Shown here one piece after another: positions 1 through 7,614 of a stretch of 24,022 bases of DNA. This DNA comes from a virus (taxonomy: Duplodnaviria > Caudoviricetes), in the IMG/VR virus record IMGVR_UViG_3300025838_000133, positions 1-24,022 of that record; one strand, 5' to 3'. The translations under genes and the position numbers were made by a program. The notes beneath the pieces are model-generated. The model saw only the letters and a list, made by a program, of their open reading frames with translations, was not told the DNA's origin and ran no database searches. Numbering within the stretch: position 1 is the stretch's first letter; the number at the start of each line of letters is the position of its first letter.

Positions 1-44
1 CATCATTAACTCCAGAATGCACGCCGCAAGCGGAGATTATTTAA
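1..44 (+). CDS. 3' end of an upstream gene (partial, ...SLTPECTPQAEII*)
   Basis: Open frame from 3 to TAA at 42-44, overlapping the next ATG (TAATG coupling). Confidence 0.45.
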   Translation, partial: SLTPECTPQAEII

Positions 45-277
45 TGGATCACTTTCTTATACGGTTCAATAAGTCGAGAGGCCAAGCTGGCCGAGGCACT
101 GTGGACCACGTGTGGAGGGTATTCCAAAATAAAAAAGAATACCTCGTCAAGCATGTAAGAATTGATGTCCCGTCGCAATCAGAACGCACTGACGAGGACT
201 GGAATATCGCCTGTGACGGATATCTTAAGTTAGACAGAGACACGTCAACGGCGATTATTGTGGGCGAAGAGCCTTAA
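44..277 (+). CDS. Hypothetical phage protein
   Basis: ORF 17..277. The ATG at 44 has GGAG just upstream and TAATG coupling, so it is the preferred start. Confidence 0.65.
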   Translation: MDHFLIRFNKSRGQAGRGTVDHVWRVFQNKKEYLVKHVRIDVPSQSERTDEDWNIACDGYLKLDRDTSTAIIVGEEP

Positions 278-297
278 TAAACTAAGAGGATAGTATA

Positions 298-489
298 ATG
301 GAAGATGAAACAGTAACCCTCGCGCTGACGGTTGCTCAATGGCGTAGTATCCTGAACGTTTTGGGAAGCGCGCCATATGTTATGGTTACGTCTAATGCTG
401 ATGCAGTAAACGCTATTCATTCACAGGCAAATGCTCAGGTAGAAGAGATCCAGAAAAAGTATCCGCAGGAAACACCTGTAGAACAATAA
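298..489 (+). CDS. Small helical hypothetical phage protein of the kind seen after tail-fibre genes
   Basis: 63-aa ORF with GAGGA RBS; amphipathic pattern LTVAQWRSILNVLGSAPY. Confidence 0.7.
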   Translation: MEDETVTLALTVAQWRSILNVLGSAPYVMVTSNADAVNAIHSQANAQVEEIQKKYPQETPVEQ

Positions 490-520
490 TATCTGATAAC
501 TCTGAAACTGAGGAGTATTT

Positions 521-2098
521 ATGCCATACAGTTCAAATGACGGTAAACAGCATATCAAGAATATCTTGTCTCGCGTGAGAAAAGATAAGGTGTTGGATAT
601 TGGCGTTGGGAGTGGAACATACGCAAAAATGCTCCCCAGTTCTGATGTTACTGGGATAGAAATCTGGAGCCCATATATAGAGAAATTTGAATTAGATAAA
701 ATATATAAAAAATTAATAATACAAGATGCACGCACAGTTGACTATGAAAAGTTAGGTCATTTTGACTTAGCTATAGCTGGCGACGTTTTGGAGCATATGA
801 GCGAGGATGAGGCGAGAGAAATTGTTCGCAAGATTAGACTGATTGCTGATACTGTTATTATCAGCATACCGATTGGTCATTACCCACAGAGTGAGGTAGA
901 GGGTAATCCTTACGAGGCTCACGTAGTTGATAATTGGACTAATGATAAATTTATACATGTATTTGGGAAGCCAGACTGGAGTGCAATAGACGGGGAGATT
1001 GGCGTTTACTGCTGGTCTGACCAAAAGGTAGCCCCAAAAATCTGCGTTTATACCATCACCAAAAACGAAGAAAAATTTGTTAAGAGGTGGGCTGATTCTG
1101 CTAGAGAGGCTGATCTTCTTCTTATGGCAGATACGGGTAGCACCGATAAAACTGTAGAGATATGCAAGCAGGAAGGCGTAGTCGTTCACGAGATATGCAT
1201 TACTCCTTGGCGTTTTGATCACGCAAGAAACGCTAATATTGCTCTTATCCCAAAAGACATAGACATTTGTATCTGCATGGACGCAGACGAGGTTCTTGAG
1301 GCTGGATGGCGTCAGGAAATAGAAAAAGTATGGGTAGAGGGGACGACACGGCTCAGATATATGTTTGACTGGGGGTCGGGGATTAAATTTCAATATGAAA
1401 AAATCCACGCTCGTCATGGATACTACTGGCATCACCCGTGCCACGAGTATCCGACACCGGACGGACGTATTAATGAACAGTATGCCTATACTCAGAAACT
1501 ATTAGTAAGCCACCATCCCGACCCTACTAAGAGCCGTGGACAATACTTGGATCTTCTTGCTTTGTCAGTTAAGGAAGATCCGCGCTGCCCTCGGAATGCG
1601 TTTTATTATGCAAGGGAACTTTCATTCTACGCAAAGTGGGAAGAAGCTCTTACCGAGTGCAGACGATACTTAGCCTTACCTACGGCAACATGGGGTAATG
1701 AACGCTGCTACGCTTATAGAGTTATGGGCAAATGTTACGAAAATCTAGGTAATCTGTCGGATGCCGAGAAGTCGTATCAAAACGCTTGTGGCGAGGCTCC
1801 TAATACCAGAGAGCCTTGGTGCTCCTTATCTCTTCTAATGTATACACAACATCGTTGGGAAGAGTGTTTCGCATATGCGATTAGGGCTTTGAGGATTAAA
1901 GACAGAGAGTTGGTTTACACCTGCGACCCTGCCGTATGGGGAGCTCAACCCCACGATTTAGCTTCTATTTCAGCGTGGCACCTAGGTCTTAAAGACCTGT
2001 CGTTAGAACACGCTAAATTGGCTGCCGAAAAAGAACCTAATGATGATCGTTTACAATCCAACCTAAAGTGGATTGAAGAAGCAATCAAAAAAAGTTAG
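521..2098 (+). CDS. Fusion of class I SAM methyltransferase, GT2 glycosyltransferase and TPR repeats
   Basis: N-terminal VLDIGVGSGTY (SAM motif I) and GDVLEH. Middle ITKNEE, DTGSTDKT, RFDHARN and DADE (GT-A DxD). C-terminal TPR-like helices (AYRVMGKCYENLGNLSDAEKSYQNA). GAGGAG RBS. Confidence 0.9.
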   Translation: MPYSSNDGKQHIKNILSRVRKDKVLDIGVGSGTYAKMLPSSDVTGIEIWSPYIEKFELDKIYKKLIIQDARTVDYEKLGHFDLAIAGDVLEHMSEDEAREIVRKIRLIADTVIISIPIGHYPQSEVEGNPYEAHVVDNWTNDKFIHVFGKPDWSAIDGEIGVYCWSDQKVAPKICVYTITKNEEKFVKRWADSAREADLLLMADTGSTDKTVEICKQEGVVVHEICITPWRFDHARNANIALIPKDIDICICMDADEVLEAGWRQEIEKVWVEGTTRLRYMFDWGSGIKFQYEKIHARHGYYWHHPCHEYPTPDGRINEQYAYTQKLLVSHHPDPTKSRGQYLDLLALSVKEDPRCPRNAFYYARELSFYAKWEEALTECRRYLALPTATWGNERCYAYRVMGKCYENLGNLSDAEKSYQNACGEAPNTREPWCSLSLLMYTQHRWEECFAYAIRALRIKDRELVYTCDPAVWGAQPHDLASISAWHLGLKDLSLEHAKLAAEKEPNDDRLQSNLKWIEEAIKKS

Positions 2099-2161
2099 TA
2101 TACAATACAAGGACTTGCGGGGATATTATGGAACCGCGTAGGTAAAATAGGAAGTGGGGCG

Positions 2162-2410
2162 ATGAACGAATATCAACCGATTATTAACCTAGCTTCCGGT
2201 GCGTTCATTGCTGGAATTGGCTGGTTCTGTAAAGCAATTTGGGATGCGGTAAACAGGCTTCAGAAAGAAATACACGACATCGAATGCAGCCTACCAATTC
2301 TATATGTTCGTAAAGATGAATTTAACGATGCTGTAAAAACTATATTTGATAAATTAGATAAAATATATGACAAGTTAGAAAGCAAACTTGATTCAAAGGC
2401 AGATAAATAA
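2162..2410 (+). CDS. Small single-TM protein with coiled coil (possible holin-like or virion membrane protein)
   Basis: Hydrophobic N-terminus IINLASGAFIAGIGWF, then YVRKDEF...IFDKLDKIYDKL...KADK. Confidence 0.7.
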   Translation: MNEYQPIINLASGAFIAGIGWFCKAIWDAVNRLQKEIHDIECSLPILYVRKDEFNDAVKTIFDKLDKIYDKLESKLDSKADK

Positions 2411-2508
2411 TGTATTATGTTTATGAAGTTTGTAGAGGAAAACAGAAAACGACTAAAGGCCATAAATTTATGTATTTAGATAAATACAACAATAAGGTTG
2501 ATCGATGA
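2410..2508 (+). pseudogene. Internally deleted homing endonuclease remnant (32 aa)
   Basis: MYYVYEVCRGKQKTTKGHKFMYLDKYNNKVDR*: a GIY-YIG-type start joined to a NUMOD1/IENR1-like tail. Coupled to both neighbours (TAATG at 2408-2412, ATGA at 2505-2508). Confidence 0.6.
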
Positions 2509-3215
2509 TGAATTATACTACGTATGTCACGTCGCTTGCAAACCTAATGGCTGCTGACCCAACAACGATAGATTTCCAAAATTTCCTTCCTGATTGCATA
2601 GCATACGCCGAAAACAGAATCTACAGGGAAATTGATTTATTAAACACTGTTGTTGTCAATGGGACACAATCTTTGACGGCGGGAGTGAGAAGATTCCCTA
2701 TCCCAACAAATGGTTCGGCAGGTATTTTTTATACAGTCACAGGGGTTAATGTTATCACTCCAGCGGGAGTTATCCCAGACAAAGGGGTAAGAAACCAGCT
2801 AACTGCTGTTTCTATGGATTACCTAAACTCTGTGTGGAATAGCAGCCAGACACTAAGTTTACCTCAAAGTTTTGCTATGGTTGACCAATTCAACATTATT
2901 GTTGGACCTTGGCCTGATCAGAGTTACGGCGTGGAAATTATTGGAACTGTTCAGCCTGCTCCGCTTTCTTCAGCGAACCCAACGACGTTCCTGACGACAT
3001 ATTTACAAGATTTATTCTTGGCGGCGAGTATGATATTTGCTTCTGGTTATATGAGGGATTTTGGTGCTCAGTCTGATAATCCACAACAGGCTGCATCATG
3101 GGAATCTCAATATCAAACCCTATTTCAGTCTGCCAATCTTCTTGAGTTACGCAAAAAGTGGGCGGGACCTGCTTGGACTCCGTTTTCGTCTATCCCAGTC
3201 TCCCAAACGAGATAA
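2505..3215 (+). CDS. Head-to-tail adaptor / tail tubular protein A-like
   Basis: 236 aa with pattern IAYAENRIYREIDL...VGPWPDQSY...LFLAASM...WESQYQ; lies directly before the tail tube/stabilisation gene. Confidence 0.7.
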   Translation: MMNYTTYVTSLANLMAADPTTIDFQNFLPDCIAYAENRIYREIDLLNTVVVNGTQSLTAGVRRFPIPTNGSAGIFYTVTGVNVITPAGVIPDKGVRNQLTAVSMDYLNSVWNSSQTLSLPQSFAMVDQFNIIVGPWPDQSYGVEIIGTVQPAPLSSANPTTFLTTYLQDLFLAASMIFASGYMRDFGAQSDNPQQAASWESQYQTLFQSANLLELRKKWAGPAWTPFSSIPVSQTR

Positions 3216-3218
3216 TAT

Positions 3219-5315
3219 ATGCCATTCCAAGAAATACAGCTCACACCCAATGTTGGCGTCAACGTTGAGCCAACCCCTGCTGGCAACCCAACAGGCATTC
3301 AGAGCAGTAATTTTATCCGTTGGCGAGCTAATTTGCCTGAAAAAAGGGGTGGTTGCTCGCTTTATATAAATCAACCTGTGAATGGCGTTCCGTGTGCTCT
3401 GAAGCCGTGGGGTGATTTTGAGGGTATTAATTATTTAGGAATAGCAACTAATTCTGCTGTATTAACATATAATGCTAATACTTCTGAGTTACGGGACATA
3501 TCTCCTCAGTATGTTAATTCATCATTAGCATCCCCTACATATAGCACGGCTGTTGGTTCTAACTTAGTAACAATAGTTGACACAACAGCTCCCTCTTTAA
3601 CAACATTTGATTCCGTACAATTCAACACACCGGTTGCCGTTGGTGGTTTAATTCTTGATTCAATATATCCTATTGTATCCTCATCGGTAGATACTCATAC
3701 ATATGTTATTAATGCAGGTTATGCAGCTACATCAAATGAGACAACTGTATCTGGAACATTAATAGGGTTTGAGACATTTGCTGGTAACGCGTCTGTTATT
3801 ATGGTTTTCCCTACTCAATATCAATATAATTCTATTGCTGTAGGGGATAGAATTGGATTTACAGTACCAACATCTGTTGGTGGATTAACAATTGTTGGGC
3901 AATATATCGTAACTCAAATATTGCAAGATGGGTTTATTACTTTTAATGCTCAATACGAGGCGTCAAGCAGCACTCCCTCTGGCGAGCCTGTTTTTATGAA
4001 TAATGGGTTTACTAGTTTAACGTATTGGATATCCGCATCCCCTGGGCCACCGCCACCTGCTTTGGAAAGAAAAGAGGGATTATTAAATACTATTCCTGAA
4101 ACATCAAAGGGCAGTCGTTTTAAAAGTTCTTTATCATCAACTTATACAGCAGATAATTGGTGGTTAGACAGTATTGAATCCACATTAGTTGCGTGTGCTC
4201 AGAATGGACCAATATTTACGTTTTCACCGATTGGTGGTTACCAAGATCTTTCGATCATCAATAGTGGTCCTCCGGCAAGCACAGGGGCTTTTGTTGCTAT
4301 GCCATCTGGACAGATTATGGCTTGGGGGACATCTGATTATTTAGACCCAGTTCAAAATCCTCTTTATATTAGGTGGTCGGATTCAACCAATTTTACTAAC
4401 TGGAATATTGGAGGTTCCAGCACTGCTGGATTTTATACAATACCAACAGGGTCTAAGATTGTTCGTGGAATACAAGCTCAAAACCAACAATTCTGGTTTA
4501 CTGACATAGATGTTTATTCAGCGCAATATACGTCCTATCCTACCTTTTTTAGCTTCCTAAAAATTGGTAATGGGTGCGGCTTATTATCCCCTAGGGGCGT
4601 AGGGATTGTAAATAATTCAGTATACTGGATGAGCCAAGAGCAATTTTTTGTTATGCAAAGCGGTTCTGCTCCACAGCCTTTGCCTTGTAGTGTTTGGGAT
4701 TTTATATTCCAAAACTCTACGCAAGATAAACTAGCAAAAACGGTATGCGGAGGTAACTCACTTTTTAACGAAGTGATATGGTATTTCCCAAGCAATGCCT
4801 CATCTGACGGAACGCCAGATGCGTATGTTTGTTATAATACTTTGTATAACGAATGGGATTTTGGTTATTTAGGACGAACAGCGTGGACTGACCAGTCAGT
4901 GTTGGGATTTCCTATTGGATCAGATGAAAACGGTTGGATATACCAGCACGAAACATCGTATGATCTAGCAGTAGGTGATACAACTGTTCCAATTAACGCA
5001 TCGATGCAAACTGGTTATTCAAGTCTTACAAATGGAGAAGACTTAATATTTGTTGATTGGGTTCTTCCTGATATGAAGTGGGGGACTTACTCTGGGTCAC
5101 CAACAGCTAATTTAAACTTTACTTTTTATGTTACAGATTATGCGGGGCAAACGCCTAGAGTTTATGGGCCGTTTACTGCGTCTGAACAGACACCATTTAT
5201 AAGTCCAAGATTTCGCGGGAGATTTATGTCGGTTAAGATTGAAAGCGACGATTTAGGTAGTTTCTGGAGATTGGGTTCTATTCGTTTTAGGTTTGCTCCG
5301 AGTGGGAGAAGATAA
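3219..5315 (+). CDS. Tail tubular protein B / packaged-DNA stabilisation protein (P22 gp10 / T7 gp12-like)
   Basis: 698 aa, beta-rich. Motifs IRWSD..NFTNW, GCGLLSP, VYWMSQ, FNEVIWYFPS, RTAWTD and C-terminal RFRGR...WRLGSIRF...GRR. Confidence 0.75.
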   Translation: MPFQEIQLTPNVGVNVEPTPAGNPTGIQSSNFIRWRANLPEKRGGCSLYINQPVNGVPCALKPWGDFEGINYLGIATNSAVLTYNANTSELRDISPQYVNSSLASPTYSTAVGSNLVTIVDTTAPSLTTFDSVQFNTPVAVGGLILDSIYPIVSSSVDTHTYVINAGYAATSNETTVSGTLIGFETFAGNASVIMVFPTQYQYNSIAVGDRIGFTVPTSVGGLTIVGQYIVTQILQDGFITFNAQYEASSSTPSGEPVFMNNGFTSLTYWISASPGPPPPALERKEGLLNTIPETSKGSRFKSSLSSTYTADNWWLDSIESTLVACAQNGPIFTFSPIGGYQDLSIINSGPPASTGAFVAMPSGQIMAWGTSDYLDPVQNPLYIRWSDSTNFTNWNIGGSSTAGFYTIPTGSKIVRGIQAQNQQFWFTDIDVYSAQYTSYPTFFSFLKIGNGCGLLSPRGVGIVNNSVYWMSQEQFFVMQSGSAPQPLPCSVWDFIFQNSTQDKLAKTVCGGNSLFNEVIWYFPSNASSDGTPDAYVCYNTLYNEWDFGYLGRTAWTDQSVLGFPIGSDENGWIYQHETSYDLAVGDTTVPINASMQTGYSSLTNGEDLIFVDWVLPDMKWGTYSGSPTANLNFTFYVTDYAGQTPRVYGPFTASEQTPFISPRFRGRFMSVKIESDDLGSFWRLGSIRFRFAPSGRR

Positions 5316-5692
5316 TGCCTACGTATGCAGGTAATGACACACTTACTACCGCAACTCAAAATCTAGTTGTTGCGTTTAATTCTCTTAATAAGACGCAACA
5401 GTATCTTAGTGGGCAATATACATCTAATACTTATCCCGCAGCTGGAACTTCCACTGCTGTTATTTATAGCGGAAGAAGCAGAGTAGTATCTATTAACATT
5501 GTAGAAGCAGGTGGAACAGTAAGCATATATAACAGTGCGGTTTCGAGCGTTATACCGTCATCTAGCTTGCTGTTTGTTTTAGACGATTCATCTACTCTTG
5601 GATTATATCCTGTTGGCGTTGAGTGTTCCAATGGAATTGTCATGGTAGTTACTGGGACTATACAGGCAAACTTAACTTACTCGGTGTATTAA
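5315..5692 (+). CDS. Hypothetical virion-associated protein
   Basis: 125-aa ORF coupled by TAATG to the upstream gene; beta-rich C-terminus. Confidence 0.7.
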   Translation: MPTYAGNDTLTTATQNLVVAFNSLNKTQQYLSGQYTSNTYPAAGTSTAVIYSGRSRVVSINIVEAGGTVSIYNSAVSSVIPSSSLLFVLDDSSTLGLYPVGVECSNGIVMVVTGTIQANLTYSVY

Positions 5693-5693
5693 A

Positions 5694-6287
5694 ATGCCTC
5701 TGAAACATGGAAAATCCCCCGCCGTCATTAGTGAGAACATCTCTGAGATGATACACGCTGGCCACCCGAGACGACAGGCAATCGCCGCTGCTCTTAACAC
5801 AGCGCGTAAGGCAATGGCTACTGGTGGGAAGCAGGCTCCTAAAGACCCAAAAGTATTTTCTGGGCCTCTAAAAGCCGCAATACCAGGGAGGACTGACCGT
5901 CTTCCTATTCACGTTCACAGCGGCAGTTACGTTATCCCCGCAGATATTGTTTCGGGGTTGGCGGAAGGAAACACGGAAGCTGGGTTTGAGGTCATCAAAA
6001 GAATGATCCACGATCAAATGTCTCGTGGTGGTAGAGTTGGCACGCAAAAGGAATTGCACAGCGAGCTTTTTCGTAAATATGGTTTAATTGGGCATTATCA
6101 CACTCCCACTAATTTAGTTCCCTGCATTGTTGCTGGAGGTGAATATATATTAACTCCAGAAGAGGTTGAAGCATTTGGTGATGGCGATTTAGATGCGGGT
6201 CATAAAGTGCTTGATGATTTTGTCAAATCACAACGCGCTAAGACAATTAAGACACTGCAGAAGTTGCCTGGGCCTGCTCGCGATTGA
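5694..6287 (+). CDS. Virion-associated protein with GG motifs and duplicated G(S/E)Y(V/I) modules
   Basis: [23 protein letters not shown] start; MATGG and MSRGGRV motifs; [22 protein letters not shown] and [17 protein letters not shown] modules. Confidence 0.75.
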   Translation: MPLKHGKSPAVISENISEMIHAGHPRRQAIAAALNTARKAMATGGKQAPKDPKVFSGPLKAAIPGRTDRLPIHVHSGSYVIPADIVSGLAEGNTEAGFEVIKRMIHDQMSRGGRVGTQKELHSELFRKYGLIGHYHTPTNLVPCIVAGGEYILTPEEVEAFGDGDLDAGHKVLDDFVKSQRAKTIKTLQKLPGPARD

Positions 6288-6290
6288 TGA

Positions 6291-6319
6291 TTTATTTTTA
6301 TGTAAAATCAAGGTATAAT
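6291..6319 (+). promoter_or_regulatory. Possible sigma70-like promoter for the homing endonuclease
   Basis: Perfect TATAAT at 6314-6319 in an AT-rich intergenic gap. Only a weak -35 (TTTATT, 6291-6296) at 17-bp spacing. Confidence 0.3.
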
Positions 6320-6349
6320 AATGCCTTAGCAGAAATTGGTGCCAAATAG

Positions 6350-7135
6350 ATGATGTATTATACATACGCTCATATTCGACCTGATACTGGGGTTATTTTT
6401 AATGTCGGAAAAGGCAGTAAAAGGCGTGCTTTTTCTAATAAAAATAGAAATAAAGACTGGCACTGTATTGTTAATGACAATAAAGGAAAATTTGAGGTCC
6501 GGATTTTGAATTGGTTTAATGCTGAACAGGATGCTTTAAATGCAGAAGTTTGGCAGATCGCTCAGTTGGCCCATTTAGGACATTTAATTAATAAAACTTC
6601 GGGCGGGCAAGGCATTTCTGGATATAATCATTCGGATGATTTAAAACAAAGGTATTCTAAAGAAAAGAAAGGCCTCCCTGTTCCTCAGGTTAGAACCCCA
6701 GAAGCAATAGATAAAATGGCAAAAACCCTTTCAATTAAAATGAAAAGTAAAGTTGTCCCGCAATTTCAGACAAACAGCGCTAAAGAAAAAAGGGCACAAA
6801 CTCAATCTAAAAATATGAAGGGTATTTTACCTCCTCAACTAGATACGCCAGAGGCACGGAAAAAACGCGGAAAAACTTTATCTTTGAATAGAAAAGGAAA
6901 ACCAACTGATTGGTTAAGAACACCAGCTGCTCTTGAAAATTTATCAAAAGCTACTTCTAAAAGATTAAAAGGAATAGTTCCAACGCAAATGTTAACTCCG
7001 GCAGCTATATTAAAAATGAGCATTACTCAATCAGAAAGGAAACGGGGTAAACCAACTCCTTGGCTTCATACTCCGGAAATTATTGAAAAAAGAGAAATTA
7101 AAAAACGCCGTAAATACGAATATTGGGGCACATAA
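6350..7135 (+). CDS. Free-standing GIY-YIG-family homing endonuclease with NUMOD3-like and tandem DNA-binding repeats
   Basis: YYTYAH...IFNVGKG..RRA, E in LNAEVWQI, LINKTSGGQG, YNHSDDLKQRYSKEKKG; very basic C-terminal repeats. Confidence 0.8.
   Translation: MMYYTYAHIRPDTGVIFNVGKGSKRRAFSNKNRNKDWHCIVNDNKGKFEVRILNWFNAEQDALNAEVWQIAQLAHLGHLINKTSGGQGISGYNHSDDLKQRYSKEKKGLPVPQVRTPEAIDKMAKTLSIKMKSKVVPQFQTNSAKEKRAQTQSKNMKGILPPQLDTPEARKKRGKTLSLNRKGKPTDWLRTPAALENLSKATSKRLKGIVPTQMLTPAAILKMSITQSERKRGKPTPWLHTPEIIEKREIKKRRKYEYWGT
6671..7120 (+). repeat. Six in-frame 25-aa repeats (G-x-x-x-P-Q/W-x-x-T-P-E/A-A...K..S.T.S)
   Basis: GLPVPQVRTPEAIDKMAKTLSIKMK / SKVVPQFQTNSAKEKRAQTQSKNMK / GILPPQLDTPEARKKRGKTLSLNRK / GKPTDWLRTPAALENLSKATSKRLK / GIVPTQMLTPAAILKMSITQSERKR / GKPTPWLHTPEIIEKREIKKRRKYE. 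Confidence 0.85.
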
Positions 7136-7605
7136 TGGCTGATTTAAATAATTGCGAAGACGTGCGTCTCGCTGAAAAAGAAGATGTTCCTGCTTTAATG
7201 AATTTAATGAGGATTGCTTGCGCAGAAGATGGCCAGCATCCAATAGATGAAGAAAAAGTTTTTGGGATGATACGCCGTTATTTTGATAAGGCGGGAGTAT
7301 TAATCTCTGTTATTGGAGAACTAGGGAACCCAGTTGCCTACTTGTTAATGACTATTAATCAAATTTGGTATAGCACTGATTACCAATTATTAGAGTTATC
7401 CCTATTTGTTCACCCAGATAATAGGCGTTCTAATTACGCTAAACAATTAATGTCTTTTTCCAAGCAGGCTTCAGACGGATTAGAACTTGATTTAACAATC
7501 GGTGTTTTATCCAACGAAAGAACCGAAGCAAAAGTAAGATTATACAAAAGACAGTTTGATCAGGTTGGGGCGTTTTTCGTCTATCATCCCTCTCAATCGC
7601 AGTAA
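7135..7605 (+). CDS. GNAT-family acetyltransferase (virion-assembly associated)
   Basis: VRLAEKEDVPAL start and LFVHPDNRRSNYAKQLM (acetyl-CoA motif A). ATG at 7135 overlaps the upstream TAA. Sits directly before the ejection genes. Confidence 0.8.
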   Translation: MADLNNCEDVRLAEKEDVPALMNLMRIACAEDGQHPIDEEKVFGMIRRYFDKAGVLISVIGELGNPVAYLLMTINQIWYSTDYQLLELSLFVHPDNRRSNYAKQLMSFSKQASDGLELDLTIGVLSNERTEAKVRLYKRQFDQVGAFFVYHPSQSQ

Positions 7606-7614
7606 GGACATAAA

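Noticed and set aside
767-1444. 225-aa antisense ORF inside the glycosyltransferase gene
   Set aside because: Shadow of a well-supported + strand gene; no recognisable motifs.
2099-2161. GCGG...CCGC hairpin or promoter after the glycosyltransferase gene
   Set aside because: Stem too short, no U-tract, and no correctly spaced -35/-10.
6288-7135. Possible group I intron around the GIY-YIG gene
   Set aside because: Both flanking genes appear complete and only ~60 nt is non-coding, too little for a ribozyme core.
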